Under the pieces are notes generated by a model. The model was not told the origin of the DNA and did not search any database. It worked only from the letters and a program-made list of their open reading frames with translations. A program made the translations under genes and the position numbers. Below are positions 43,181 through 54,220 of a stretch of 64,000 bases of DNA, piece after piece. Numbering within the stretch: the stretch's first letter is position 1; each line of letters starts with the position of its first letter. The stretch comes from Saccharolobus solfataricus P2 (GTDB lineage: Archaea > Thermoproteota > Thermoprotei_A > Sulfolobales > Sulfolobaceae), in NCBI RefSeq assembly GCF_000007005.1, contig NC_002754.1; one strand, given 5' to 3'.

Positions 43181-44980
43181 TTGATGGATTATGCATTGTT
43201 GAGCTTAATGTTACTTTTCACCTTACTACTTGCGTTCATCTTAACTAGGCTAAAGGTCTCGCCAGTTATTGCTTATCTTTTAGGTGGGTTAATATCTTTC
43301 AATTATTTTCATTTTGACTTTAACTCTTCATATTTTGAAATATTAAACTTTCTAGCCCTAAACTTGTTGGCATTCGAGATTGGTACCTCTTTCGATATTT
43401 CTAGAGCTAAGGAGTTGTTTAGGAGGGCAATGGGAATTGCGTTGACTGAGTTAATACTTATAGTGTTAATTTCTTACTTCATTGGACTCTATTTACTACA
43501 CCTAGACCTATTTGCTTCATTATTCCTTGTAATGGCATCTATAGATACTAGCACTTCCATTTTGTACAAGATAATTGGGAATAAAGTGGATAAGAACGAT
43601 AGGGACTTATTAGTGGCAGTAGCTTCAGTTGAAGATATTGAAGTTTTCTTCTTATATTCTATTGCCATAGCGCTTAACGGTTCCTTTAACGTTTTTAGAA
43701 TATCGTTTGTAATCCTAGAAGTTTTCATAGCTTCACTGATAATTTACGCTTTTGCGAAGTATTTTCTCACCGGATTGTCAATATTCAAGTTTACGAGTTT
43801 TGAAGATGAGAGTATATTGATATTAGTACCAATAGTTTTAGTATTTGTATTTGAATATATTTCACAAGTTACTCAAGTCCCAGCTACTTTGACAATGATT
43901 TTAGCTGGTATAGCTTTTTCATCAATAAGTGGTAGTGAGAAAGTATTAAGGTATACTGGACCCATAAGGGAATTTTCCTTGATATTCTTTTTCCTTTCAG
44001 TAGGGAGTTATTTAAAAATAACTGCGGGTATATCTACATTTGTTTTAATATCCTTCATAATTCTTGCAATAAAGTACTTTTCATTCAGCACTGCATCTTG
44101 GGTTTCCGGGACTACTTTAGTCAAGGCGTTTACTAATGGCTTATACATGTTGCCTTTAAGTGAATTTGGAATAATAGTTTCATTGCAAGCACTACAACAA
44201 GGCATAGACATTGCCATAGTCTATTACATTTCAGTAGTGGTTGTATTGGTATCGTCAATAATAGCCTCAATTTTAGCAGTTAGGGTGAACGTTCTTCAAA
44301 GAGTTATTGGAATAGTTTACTCCCGTTCATACTTTTTAAGACAACTAGATTCCACAATAATATGGCTCAATAAGACACTTAGTACAAATCTTTCTCCAAT
44401 ATTAAGGTCTGTATTGTTTAGGGGATTTGTAAAGATGTTCTTATATTTAATCCTGCCTTATGTATTATTTCCTATCATAAACAGTATTGTTAAGAGTATA
44501 ATTGATCCCATCAACAATTTAATTTTACAGTATTTGCTTTACTCTGGAGAGATAGTTATTGCCCTCTTTCTCTTATATTTATTCCTATTAGAAGGATCTC
44601 GACTATATTCTATTATCAATAATGAAATATTAGTTAGGATAGTCAGAGTAAGAAGCAGGCTATTTAAAGAGTTTTGGTTTGGACTAACCTCATTCTCTTC
44701 AACATTTTATACCATAATACTCACTATTATCTATATTATTTTTGAGATAATTCCTCTATTATACAACTTTCCAATAAGACTAGTTTTCGTCCCTCTCTTA
44801 ATAAGCTTATATTTCATTTACAGATATAGAGCCCCTCCCATAACGTATACGCGTATAGATAATAAGGAGGCAGATAAAATAGTAAAGCTAAGTGTGAAAG
44901 TTATCAAGAAAATGAGAAAAAGGAGGAGCAAGAGGAGTATAATATCAACAACAAAAACAGTAAGGAGAGAATGGTCTTAG
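43181..44980 (+). CDS. Cation:proton antiporter (CPA2/Kef-like)
   Basis: Many TM helices; AFEIG, TSTSI, EDI, FFLSVG, LSEFG motifs. Confidence 0.85.
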   Translation: MMDYALLSLMLLFTLLLAFILTRLKVSPVIAYLLGGLISFNYFHFDFNSSYFEILNFLALNLLAFEIGTSFDISRAKELFRRAMGIALTELILIVLISYFIGLYLLHLDLFASLFLVMASIDTSTSILYKIIGNKVDKNDRDLLVAVASVEDIEVFFLYSIAIALNGSFNVFRISFVILEVFIASLIIYAFAKYFLTGLSIFKFTSFEDESILILVPIVLVFVFEYISQVTQVPATLTMILAGIAFSSISGSEKVLRYTGPIREFSLIFFFLSVGSYLKITAGISTFVLISFIILAIKYFSFSTASWVSGTTLVKAFTNGLYMLPLSEFGIIVSLQALQQGIDIAIVYYISVVVVLVSSIIASILAVRVNVLQRVIGIVYSRSYFLRQLDSTIIWLNKTLSTNLSPILRSVLFRGFVKMFLYLILPYVLFPIINSIVKSIIDPINNLILQYLLYSGEIVIALFLLYLFLLEGSRLYSIINNEILVRIVRVRSRLFKEFWFGLTSFSSTFYTIILTIIYIIFEIIPLLYNFPIRLVFVPLLISLYFIYRYRAPPITYTRIDNKEADKIVKLSVKVIKKMRKRRSKRSIISTTKTVRREWS

Positions 44981-45058
44981 AATTCTCATGATATTTTCAC
45001 AACTATTATATGATAATGAGTAATTAATGTTGAAGATTATCGCCGTGCAAATTAGCCT

Positions 45059-45817
45059 CTATTTAGTCACTTTTCGCAATGTATTAAATTCTACTAAACC
45101 ACTATGCAATCTATGTAGCGAACTTGATAAATGCTTTAAGAATATTACCGTAAGAATTGGAAGAGATACATAAGCTATAAATACTGCCTGCCACCCCACA
45201 GTTGTCAAGAATATGAGATTGCTTACTTCTACAGATTCAGCTAATAAGACTGGTATTGACACACAACAAGATGCTCCAGCTATTATACCAATTAATGGAA
45301 TGAAGACTAAATATTTCAATTTTTTATTTAAAGAGATAATTGTGATTAAACTAGAGGTTACTAAGATAGCAATATAGAGACCCATCGATATACTATATAG
45401 AGAAAGATCAATAACAATATTGGGTGGGATAAAGGCAGTTATAGTCGGGTTAAAAATTAAGGATAAACCCAAATTCGTTATACTGGGTGAAATACCAAAG
45501 GGTGTATTAAATAAGGAGACGAATGCAGTTTGAGGATTGGATATCGTAGGTTTATAAATATAAGTTAATAGTTCAACTATGGCTACACTATAAACTAAGT
45601 AATGGGTTATTAAATAAGAGAAGAAAATCCCCCATTTGGTACCTTTTCTTTTATATGATCCCATAACCTGAAGTTCTGCTCTGAATACGGTATTGAAGAG
45701 TAGATATGTTAAAAATATCCAAAAGGTGACAATTGGGATTAACTCATTTAATGGAAACATGTAAGCCAATGCTAAGCTCATGACAATTGGGATTGTGGAA
45801 AGAAAATATAACTTCAT
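45059..45817 (-). CDS. Membrane protein with SCC motif
   Basis: Several TM segments; GASCCVSIP. Confidence 0.75.
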   Translation of the reverse strand: MKLYFLSTIPIVMSLALAYMFPLNELIPIVTFWIFLTYLLFNTVFRAELQVMGSYKRKGTKWGIFFSYLITHYLVYSVAIVELLTYIYKPTISNPQTAFVSLFNTPFGISPSITNLGLSLIFNPTITAFIPPNIVIDLSLYSISMGLYIAILVTSSLITIISLNKKLKYLVFIPLIGIIAGASCCVSIPVLLAESVEVSNLIFLTTVGWQAVFIAYVSLPILTVIFLKHLSSSLHRLHSGLVEFNTLRKVTK

Positions 45818-45846
45818 AAATAAAAATAACTACGAAGGGATTAAAA

Positions 45847-46287
45847 TTATTTTATCAAACTCAACAATTGACTTATGGACGGCATTGAGGTGGAAGTTGT
45901 TGCTACGTAGCTGATATAATATACCTTTCCTCCATTAAGGATATAAAGGGATTCTGAAAGTCCATGAGAGTAATATGATATTAAATAGTTCTCATATTGC
46001 TCCACTTGCCCTAATGAGTTTGCGTAAAAGAAGCTCTGCGCTTGCGTAACGGAAGGGAAGGAGTACTGGGTTATAACTAGGACATTACCTTGAGAATCTA
46101 TTAGTATTTCGGTTACTGTGTTATTCCCAGAGTAATAATTTTGAACGCTCCAACTTCCCCCAAGTTCCCTACTTACTGCACTGGTTGATATAAAGGGATT
46201 CACTACTGTAAGGACTCCAGATGATAATACCACCAATGCAGCAATTACCATTACTACTATTGGTACTACAATTTTACCTTTTTTCAT
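45847..46287 (-). CDS. Hypothetical membrane-anchored protein
   Basis: N-terminal hydrophobic anchor, Ser/Thr/Tyr-rich body. Confidence 0.7.
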   Translation of the reverse strand: MKKGKIVVPIVVMVIAALVVLSSGVLTVVNPFISTSAVSRELGGSWSVQNYYSGNNTVTEILIDSQGNVLVITQYSFPSVTQAQSFFYANSLGQVEQYENYLISYYSHGLSESLYILNGGKVYYISYVATTSTSMPSISQLLSLIK

Positions 46288-46483
46288 AACTCTCTCCTTA
46301 TAGTATACTATCTAAAAACTATTTAATAAGCTTTTCTTCTTACTCATAAAAATTAGTATAACTTCCATAATTATTAATATTTACTGATTTTGATATAGCA
46401 TAAATGGAGTGGACCTAACTTGATAATTCATATTTATTAAAATAATTATATTAAATAGAAATAAAAAAGAGATTAACTTTAGT

Positions 46484-46930
46484 TTACTCTTGATAGTATA
46501 ATTTATAAACAAGGTAGATAATTGACGCGAAAAGTAACAAATCCGCAGAGGCCAGTGTTGCGGTTATAAATTGATAGGTTGACATCATAAACATCTCATA
46601 GGTTACTATAATTGCGAATAATAAATCCAAAATTAGTGCCATATAGTAATAGTTTATTACGTTTACTTTCCTTCTAATAGTTTGAACTTCCGATGGAGCT
46701 CTAAATTTAACTGATAAGAACACTATACTCCCCATGAATACTGCAAAAACTCCGCCAGCTGCTATGTAGGTTACGCTCCATAATGTTTCCACGTATGTTG
46801 TTATTGGACTTTGTGTAAGATATGATAGATTTCCGAAATCCCCTACCCATAGAAAGAAAAAGAAGAATGCTAATATGGTAACTATCCACAGAGCGTAGTC
46901 CTTAGAAGTCATCCTCCTATTAGTAGCCAT
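46484..46930 (-). CDS. soxI: SoxM supercomplex membrane subunit
   Basis: Hydrophobic, directly downstream of soxH (2-bp spacing); symbol assigned by position. Confidence 0.7.
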   Translation of the reverse strand: MATNRRMTSKDYALWIVTILAFFFFFLWVGDFGNLSYLTQSPITTYVETLWSVTYIAAGGVFAVFMGSIVFLSVKFRAPSEVQTIRRKVNVINYYYMALILDLLFAIIVTYEMFMMSTYQFITATLASADLLLFASIIYLVYKLYYQE

Positions 46931-46931
46931 A

Positions 46932-47372
46932 CTAACTCACCACTACTAAGGTTCCTTTCATTAAGTAATGACCAGGACCACAAAATTCGGCACACCATAT
47001 ATCATATACTCCAGGCTTGTTAACCACTATGTAGAAATCGTATACATACCCTGGTATTGCTTCGAACTTGAACCCTAACTGTGGTATATAGAATGCGTGA
47101 ATTACATCCTTAGATGTGATTTCAAGTAAATAGGTCTGATTAGCCTTTAATACCAGTTGATCAGTAGTGGTAGTACCATTGGGGTATATGAATTCCCAAG
47201 CGTATTGCATAGCTACTACCTTAATTGGAATAGCGTCTTGTCTTTGAGTAGTCGATAGATAGGCTCCGGTGTTTATTGAGTTTAGATAAATATCTGAAAA
47301 AACTCCTAAAACCGTTAAGATGACAATTGCAAATACGATGGTTGATAGTTCAAATATTCTTGCTTTTTCCAA
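46932..47372 (-). CDS. soxH: Heme-copper oxidase subunit II (CuA)
   Basis: QYAWEF, DVIHAF, CAEFCGPGHYLM CuA motif. Confidence 0.92.
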   Translation of the reverse strand: MEKARIFELSTIVFAIVILTVLGVFSDIYLNSINTGAYLSTTQRQDAIPIKVVAMQYAWEFIYPNGTTTTDQLVLKANQTYLLEITSKDVIHAFYIPQLGFKFEAIPGYVYDFYIVVNKPGVYDIWCAEFCGPGHYLMKGTLVVVS

Positions 47373-48882
47373 TTCCCATCACCACATTTATAAAAATTGA
47401 AATTGAGAACAAAACTAATGAAAAACCTAAATATTGACCTATTAAAAACTGGTTAATTATAGGATTGTTTGAGAGTATAAATACCTCGTATAGAGAGTAT
47501 ATTAGCCCACTTAATACCAATCCATTAATTAATAGTACTAATAGCCCACTTAATATCCTCCTCTCCTTATACTCAATTACAACTCCACCATCAGTTAACG
47601 GAGAACTTTGCCACTTAGCTAAAACTCTAGGCTGAGCAACATACCTTAATAACGGCCAAATTACTGCGAAACATACTAGAAATATTACACCATCTACCTC
47701 CGTACCTATCGGTCCAATATCCCTTCCCGGTGTTAAAGCCGCCCAAACACTATTAACTATAAAGCTTACTATGAAACCAGTTCCTATTGCAATTGATGCT
47801 GGCCTTAATGCTGGATGCGGAGCCTTATGCCTAAATACATATTCCTCTATAAATGGGAATAATACAGTAACTACAACCCAGCCTAAGAATATGAGAGAGG
47901 CATTAGTTGGACTTACGGATTTATAGAAGAAGTAAATGAAAAGGAAGTACCAGTCAGGGACTGGTGGAGTTTGCGCTGCTTCCACAGGGTTAAATGCAGG
48001 CATTATATATTTAGGAGTACCGCCAATAATAACAATATTAAATGGTATTGCTCCAGCTATTAGAAATATTGCACCAAAAGTTAGTAGAAAGATCATTATT
48101 ACCATTCCTATGGACCTCATTAAGGGTTGCAACTCCCATTTGGGATCGGACTTCAACTTATCTTGATACTCATCTATTAACTCCGGATCTCCAGGTTTAA
48201 CTTGAGATACTGGTGGAGTTATACCGTGTTTTTCGAAAATATACAGATGTAATCCTATAAGTGCTAGTATTAACCCACCAACTATCCAGTGAAATACGAA
48301 AAATCTCTGTACTAATGGATCCACACCAGACATTATACCAGGCTGATCGGGATTTACTACAGTGAATAGTGAGATTAGATAACCTAAGTTAAACGGCATG
48401 TATGAGAATAAATTTAGTCCAGTAGTTGTTGCAACCCATGAAATCAAGTTGTAAGGTAACGAATATCCTAAATAGGCTTCAGTTAACGTTAATCCTGCTA
48501 AACCAGCTCCGACTATCCACATTATTTCTCTTGGTTGTCTATACGCTCCTACAAAGAAGTTTCTGGTCATATGAACTAGGAGTAAAAATACCATAGCGTA
48601 GGCTCCCCAACTATGAAGGCTAAACAGAAAGGCCCCATATGGAACTTTGCTTATTAGATAAGTAGTTGAAGTGTAGGGGTCGCTTGGCGTATAATAAAGC
48701 GCAACTAGGGCACCAGTTATTACTTCAAGTATGAACGCAGATAATACCAGCCCTCCAAGCCAATAATCTATGGAGTAAGCATATCTAGGTGCTGGTCTTA
48801 GAGTATGGCCATAAATCCCTAATCTATCATCTAACCATTTCATAAACCTATCGAACAAACCATTACTTTGCTCATCTGCCAC
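47350..48882 (-). CDS. soxG: Cytochrome b (a587-type) of the SoxM supercomplex
   Basis: YWLGGL, SLHSWGA, GYSLPY, FFVFHW, PDWYFL; start set at GTG 48882 (MADEQ) just after the soxF stop. Confidence 0.88.
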   Translation of the reverse strand: MADEQSNGLFDRFMKWLDDRLGIYGHTLRPAPRYAYSIDYWLGGLVLSAFILEVITGALVALYYTPSDPYTSTTYLISKVPYGAFLFSLHSWGAYAMVFLLLVHMTRNFFVGAYRQPREIMWIVGAGLAGLTLTEAYLGYSLPYNLISWVATTTGLNLFSYMPFNLGYLISLFTVVNPDQPGIMSGVDPLVQRFFVFHWIVGGLILALIGLHLYIFEKHGITPPVSQVKPGDPELIDEYQDKLKSDPKWELQPLMRSIGMVIMIFLLTFGAIFLIAGAIPFNIVIIGGTPKYIMPAFNPVEAAQTPPVPDWYFLFIYFFYKSVSPTNASLIFLGWVVVTVLFPFIEEYVFRHKAPHPALRPASIAIGTGFIVSFIVNSVWAALTPGRDIGPIGTEVDGVIFLVCFAVIWPLLRYVAQPRVLAKWQSSPLTDGGVVIEYKERRILSGLLVLLINGLVLSGLIYSLYEVFILSNNPIINQFLIGQYLGFSLVLFSISIFINVVMGIGKSKNI

Positions 48883-48883
48883 G

Positions 48884-49642
48884 CTAACCACCCTTACTAC
48901 AAGACGGATTTGAGGGTACACTGTAACTATATCTAGGATCGTAAAGCAGGTTATCAGCTGGAGTAGTTCTGGGTATTGATGCACTGAAATATGGAGCATT
49001 AGTACCTATTGCGTATATGTCTCCAGTATTTTGGTCATATTCTAAGAAAATTATAGGAAGAGGTCTTGGGGCAGGTCCCCCAACTACTACGCCACCCTTC
49101 ATTAAGGAGTAAAGAGAGCCATGGCATGGGCAATGAAGGACTGAATTTGTCACATCTAAACCCGGATTATTCTCAGAGGTCACTAAAACTTGTGCAGGGA
49201 GTTGGCAACCTAGATGTACGCAAACGTCAGAGAATGCGTATATAGAGTTATTTGGACCTACACCTTGTATGGTTTTAATTTGCCCTATTGGGCCTGCATA
49301 TTGTCCGTAATATGGATTTGGTATTTCTGGAACCGGTTGACCCAATAGTGCTTGTAAGTCCACTAGGAAACAAGGTTCATTAGTTAGTGGATAAGCGAAA
49401 AAGTAGACTGGACACCCTGAACTTTGCGCTTGTTGCTGGATATCCTTAATATTAGCTATCCTATATTTAGGAAACCCAGATAATCCATCAGTGTTATTTG
49501 CGACTAAATACTGCTTTGACATGGTGCCTATTTCATTGTAGAAGTACCCTACGTAATCTGCTAATGGTTTTATTAAGGGTGCTATTGCAACTGCAGCTCC
49601 TACCACTAAATATAGTCTCAAAAATGTCCTTCTGTTCATCAT
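48884..49642 (-). CDS. soxF: Rieske iron-sulfur protein
   Basis: Tat signal RRTFLR; CVHLGC and CPCHGS; GPAPRPL. Confidence 0.92.
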   Translation of the reverse strand: MMNRRTFLRLYLVVGAAVAIAPLIKPLADYVGYFYNEIGTMSKQYLVANNTDGLSGFPKYRIANIKDIQQQAQSSGCPVYFFAYPLTNEPCFLVDLQALLGQPVPEIPNPYYGQYAGPIGQIKTIQGVGPNNSIYAFSDVCVHLGCQLPAQVLVTSENNPGLDVTNSVLHCPCHGSLYSLMKGGVVVGGPAPRPLPIIFLEYDQNTGDIYAIGTNAPYFSASIPRTTPADNLLYDPRYSYSVPSNPSCSKGG

Positions 49643-49782
49643 TCTACTATATCTTAATAAGATATTTAAGTTTTATCTTATAACATTATTAACTTATGTT
49701 TACATTCTTTAATATAGAAGATGATTATGATACTCTACATAAGGTTATAAATTTATAAATCAAAGTTGCATTAATTTAGCAT

Positions 49783-50376
49783 ATGAAAGCACAGTCCTCT
49801 CTTCTGCCCGTAATCGTTGGAGTACTAGTTGCAATAGTAGCGGTGGGAGTTTCAGTTTACGCTTACTATGAATATCAAGTACTCTCAGCACCCACTTCTA
49901 CAGCTACCAGTACTTCCACTTCCACCTCAAGTCAAATACCATTAAAATATGATTCCACGAATAAGACAGTATTTTTAATAATTTCTGTTCTAACTACCGG
50001 ACCAACTTTTAATTTTAATGGTACTAGCAATGGGCAATTGAAAATTTATATTCCTGCGGGATGGTCAGTTTACGTGAAATTTGTGAATGAACAATCACTA
50101 CCCCACAACTTAATTCTTTTACAAAACACTACTGCGACTCCAAGTAATCCTGATGTTGGACAGTTTGGTAAAATACTATATATAGTTGGCGCTACCACTA
50201 GCAATTATCAAACTAGTGGAATTTCAAGCGGTCAATCAGATAGTGGACTATGGGGACCGTTAAGCGCTGGAACTTACATGTTAGTTTGTGGTATCTTAGG
50301 ACATGCACAAAGCGGAATGTGGGCAGTAGTAATTGTTTCATCGAACGTGACTACTCCTTATACCACAACTAGTTAA
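49783..50376 (+). CDS. soxE: Sulfocyanin blue copper protein
   Basis: TM anchor, Ser/Thr linker, FNFNGT, PHN, CGILGHAQSGM. Confidence 0.92.
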   Translation: MKAQSSLLPVIVGVLVAIVAVGVSVYAYYEYQVLSAPTSTATSTSTSTSSQIPLKYDSTNKTVFLIISVLTTGPTFNFNGTSNGQLKIYIPAGWSVYVKFVNEQSLPHNLILLQNTTATPSNPDVGQFGKILYIVGATTSNYQTSGISSGQSDSGLWGPLSAGTYMLVCGILGHAQSGMWAVVIVSSNVTTPYTTTS

Positions 50377-50492
50377 GCAGATTAAAGATAAGAACCATAT
50401 ATTTTTTATTTAATCATTTAAGTAACCCTAAATTCATTAGGTTTACTGGCTTTTAATAGAAAGATTTAAAAAATAAAATTTTAACACTTAAT

Positions 50493-52865
50493 ATGATGAA
50501 CATAAAAAGAGTTTTAAAAGTAGCGTTATTCACAACAAGTGCAAGCGATATTGGACAAATGTATATAACGCTAGGTATAATTGCACTATTGGCTGGGGCA
50601 GTAAATGCAGCGCTAATAAGATATCAGCTAACTTACCAAAGTTTAAGTGCGGTAGACTATTATAATGCAGTATCATTGCATGGCATCTTCATGATATTCT
50701 TCATGGTAATGCCCATTTCGGTAGGTTTCGCAAACTATCTAATACCTAGGATGATAGGAGCTCATGATTTATATTGGCCTAGAATTAATTCCTTTTCCTT
50801 TTGGATTTTAGTTCCATCTGTCTTCCTAGGACTTATAGCTCCTTGGTTTGGACCCGTTAATACTGGTTGGTACATGTACGCACCACTATCTGTAGAGACT
50901 TCAGTAAATTATGGACTTGGTACCACATTGGTTGAAATAGCTCTTATACTGTCTGGTATTTCATCTACATTAACTGGAGTAAACTTCCTAATGACTATAA
51001 TAAAATTAAAGAAAATACCATACTTTAAAATGTCCCTATTTACATGGTCTTTCTTCGCCACATCAATCTTACTAGTGGTCGCAATGCCACCATTAACTGC
51101 GGGACTAGTTTTCGCTTATTTAGAAAGATTATGGAATTTGCCATTCTTTGATGCGTCGTTAGGTGGATCTCCAGTACTATGGCAAAACCTGTTCTGGTTC
51201 TTTGGACATCCAGAAGTCTACATATTAATTTTACCCGCAATGGGTCTAGTTGGTGAAATTCTACCCCGAATGGTGGGTAGGCAGATTTACGGTTACAAGG
51301 CATTAGCATTATCGTCAATGGCCATAGCATTTCTAAGTGTACTAGGAGTATGGATGCATCACATGTTCACAGCTATTGACAATACGGTAGCCCAAATAGT
51401 ATCATCGGCTACCACGATGGCAATTGCAGTGCCCTCTGGAGTGAAGGTATTTAACTGGACTGCGACCTTATATGGAGGTGAGATAAGATATAAGGCACCC
51501 ACGATTTTAGTAATATCCTTTATAGCCATATTCTTGGTTGGAGGAATTACTGGAGTATTCTTTCCGTTAGTACCGCTAGATTACGCATTCAATGGTACCT
51601 ATTTAGTGGTAGGACATTTCCATTACATGGTGTTTGCAATACTCTTTGCGTTATTAGCTGGTTTGATTTATTACTTCCCGTACTTTACTGGTAAGTGGTA
51701 TCACGATGATATAGTGAAAAGCGGAACTATAATGATAGTGGCTGGTGCATTTCTAATAGCTACTGGCATGATTATTGATGGAGTCCTAGGAATGCCCAGA
51801 AGATATGCTTCAGTTCCTTCACCAATTTACATACCATTCCAAGATATGATTGATGTCGGAGGAGTGTTAATGGGAATAGGCCTACTAATGGCTTTTGGTG
51901 ATTTGTTGTACTCATGGATAAAGGGAAAGGCTGTAGAAACTGTAGATCCCTGGAACGCTATACAGATAGGTCAACCAGATTTCTATATAAAACCGGTTAA
52001 ACTACCGTTAAGTTTTGGTAAATCATTGGATGGTAGTTTTGATGAAGAATATCATGGAGTGAGCTTTCCATATTACAGCATACTTGGAATAATGCTTTCA
52101 TTTGTGCCCCTAGGTTTCATGTTTGGGTTCATTAACTTAATGCCAGTAGGTATATTATTCCTACTAGCGTTTATGGGTGTTGGCGTGTATTGGGCATATG
52201 ATCAGTGGTTTAAACAAATACCTCCACCAATGCAACTTGATGGAGGTTCACCAGTTTCCGCTGGTAGTGTAAATAATGGATTAGCATTAACACCGTCACT
52301 AGGAACTATTATAATGAGAGATGCGAGGTCGGCGGTTTTATGGTTCATATTAGCTGAGATATGTCTTTTCGGATCCTTTATAGGAGGGTATATGTTTGTA
52401 GCTAGCCCTATTACTAATCCCATAGCATATGCTAATGTACCACCATTAAAAGTTGAATATTTCCCACTACCGGTAATAATGACAATTATATTACTTTCAA
52501 GCTCGATACCAGCACATTTAGCATATGAGGAGTTCAAGAAAGGGAATATGAAAATGTTCAAGGCATTAGGTATACTAACTGCGGTTATGGGATTCACATT
52601 CCTAATGGGACAAGTTTACGAGTTTACGCATGTCATACAATTTACTCCACAACAATCAGCATTTACTGCGTTCTTCTTTAGTACGGTAAGTCTACACGGA
52701 TTTCACGTGATTATGGGACTGGTAGTGTGGGCGTTCGTACTATTAAGGGCTTATAAGGGAGTGACACCTTATGGAGGTTCAGTTGCTGCAACGTATTATT
52801 GGCACTTCGTAGACGCCATATGGGTTGTAGTTTTCAGTACGTTCTATCTCCATCTCTTCGTATAA
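50493..52865 (+). CDS. soxM: Heme-copper oxidase fused subunit I+III
   Basis: [24 protein letters not shown]; subunit III HGFHV and YWHFVD. Confidence 0.95.
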   Translation: MMNIKRVLKVALFTTSASDIGQMYITLGIIALLAGAVNAALIRYQLTYQSLSAVDYYNAVSLHGIFMIFFMVMPISVGFANYLIPRMIGAHDLYWPRINSFSFWILVPSVFLGLIAPWFGPVNTGWYMYAPLSVETSVNYGLGTTLVEIALILSGISSTLTGVNFLMTIIKLKKIPYFKMSLFTWSFFATSILLVVAMPPLTAGLVFAYLERLWNLPFFDASLGGSPVLWQNLFWFFGHPEVYILILPAMGLVGEILPRMVGRQIYGYKALALSSMAIAFLSVLGVWMHHMFTAIDNTVAQIVSSATTMAIAVPSGVKVFNWTATLYGGEIRYKAPTILVISFIAIFLVGGITGVFFPLVPLDYAFNGTYLVVGHFHYMVFAILFALLAGLIYYFPYFTGKWYHDDIVKSGTIMIVAGAFLIATGMIIDGVLGMPRRYASVPSPIYIPFQDMIDVGGVLMGIGLLMAFGDLLYSWIKGKAVETVDPWNAIQIGQPDFYIKPVKLPLSFGKSLDGSFDEEYHGVSFPYYSILGIMLSFVPLGFMFGFINLMPVGILFLLAFMGVGVYWAYDQWFKQIPPPMQLDGGSPVSAGSVNNGLALTPSLGTIIMRDARSAVLWFILAEICLFGSFIGGYMFVASPITNPIAYANVPPLKVEYFPLPVIMTIILLSSSIPAHLAYEEFKKGNMKMFKALGILTAVMGFTFLMGQVYEFTHVIQFTPQQSAFTAFFFSTVSLHGFHVIMGLVVWAFVLLRAYKGVTPYGGSVAATYYWHFVDAIWVVVFSTFYLHLFV

Positions 52866-52874
52866 GGTGAAAAA

Positions 52875-53477
52875 GTGAATAATTATTTTTTTATAACTAT
52901 TCTAATGTTCTGTATCTTTCTTATTGCGATATCCGTTAATCCATTTACGGAAGAGTACATGTTCGTTAATCCAATACCTTATATGTTAGCCCATTATTCA
53001 CTTTTTGGAGCGGGTATTCTTATCTCATATTATCTCGTTAAGAGAAAAATTGTAGACAAACATATAGGATTTCCAGTCGGAGCTTCAATTGCTTTCCTAT
53101 GGCACTACCCATTTTTCTTTAATTTAGGTGCTGAAATCCTATCAGTAAGATTGATAGAGGAGATTACTTTATTGGTTGGGGGTCTAATTATAGGTTCCTC
53201 TCTTAAGGAACTTAATAGAAGCTTTAAGGTACTTCTTTTAGCTTTATGGATGATAGGCGATAGTTTACTTTCTTTAATATTAATGATAAGCCCATCGCTT
53301 TATACTACTCTATATGCCCCTAAGGAATTAGAGTATCTAGGTATAATCATGTTCCTTATGATGAACTTAATTGCAGTCTACATACTGCTAAACTACATAA
53401 ATAATTTGTTAAGAGATGAGGAGAATGTTGTTAATAAAGACTATGAAAGAAATTCCTATCCCAAGAATGATCACTAA
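52875..53477 (+). CDS. CtaG/DUF1404-like oxidase assembly membrane protein
   Basis: YMLAH, FLWHYP, LWMIGD; directly after soxM. Confidence 0.7.
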   Translation: MNNYFFITILMFCIFLIAISVNPFTEEYMFVNPIPYMLAHYSLFGAGILISYYLVKRKIVDKHIGFPVGASIAFLWHYPFFFNLGAEILSVRLIEEITLLVGGLIIGSSLKELNRSFKVLLLALWMIGDSLLSLILMISPSLYTTLYAPKELEYLGIIMFLMMNLIAVYILLNYINNLLRDEENVVNKDYERNSYPKNDH

Positions 53478-53690
53478 ATCTAGTTTAGTATACTTATAGA
53501 GAAGATAGATTAGACCTAATATTCCTATTTTAATGAGAAGAAATATTGCAATAAAGACTGGAAATGGTAATGAGGAGTATAATGCGTTTATTAATGGGTT
53601 GCTCTCTACAAGACCCCTAGATAATCCCAGTGCTGTAGTTATAACGTCAAGCATCAAAAGAGTTGTTAACGGAACTAAAAGTGTTTTCAT
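53409..53690 (-). CDS. Small membrane protein (DUF5658-like)
   Basis: LDVITT...ESNPL motif, three hydrophobic segments. Confidence 0.7.
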   Translation of the reverse strand: MKTLLVPLTTLLMLDVITTALGLSRGLVESNPLINALYSSLPFPVFIAIFLLIKIGILGLIYLLYKYTKLDLVIILGIGISFIVFINNILLIS

Positions 53691-53812
53691 AAGATAATAT
53701 TTTAACTTTTACTTAAAAAGACGATATATAAATTTATATGCACTTGTGTGCAATTGTGTGCAATCGTATTTTGAGAAATTATTTTTAATAAGGGGGAGTA
53801 TGATATTATATT

Positions 53813-54220
53813 ATGAGCTTAGAGGATCAAGTGCTAAAGTTCCTTACTGACATCTCGAGAAAGGAGGAGGAAATCGAATACTTAATAGTTAATATGTTTA
53901 AACCCCAACTTGAGAGTAAAGGAGTTAACCTAGCTAGTATAAAGAGGGAGTTTTTAGTAGATGATAAAGGTATTTTAAGAATAGGGTACGTATTACCCAT
54001 TATGTATTATGATCAAGGGGAAGAGATTTATTTGTTTTTGGCTAAAAATTACGCAGACTACTCCACTTTAGAACAACTGTTAATTAGAGAAAAGATTCTA
54101 GAAAATAAATTCTCTAAGAAAGTAAGAAGTTTTCTGATAGCGTTCGCAATCCCCAAAAAGTATTACGATATGGCCTTAAAATTGGGTATAGAGGTGATAA
54201 GTGAAAAAATTTTAGGTTAG
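53813..54220 (+). CDS. Hypothetical protein, possibly degenerate restriction-endonuclease-like fold
   Basis: 135-aa ORF with GGGAG upstream; C-terminus LGIEVIS resembles the end of 25718..26443. Confidence 0.65.
   Translation: MSLEDQVLKFLTDISRKEEEIEYLIVNMFKPQLESKGVNLASIKREFLVDDKGILRIGYVLPIMYYDQGEEIYLFLAKNYADYSTLEQLLIREKILENKFSKKVRSFLIAFAIPKKYYDMALKLGIEVISEKILG

Noticed and set aside
48883-48999. 39-aa N-terminal extension of soxG in the ORF track
   Set aside because: It overlaps the soxF coding region; the GTG at 48882 just after the soxF stop is the more plausible start.
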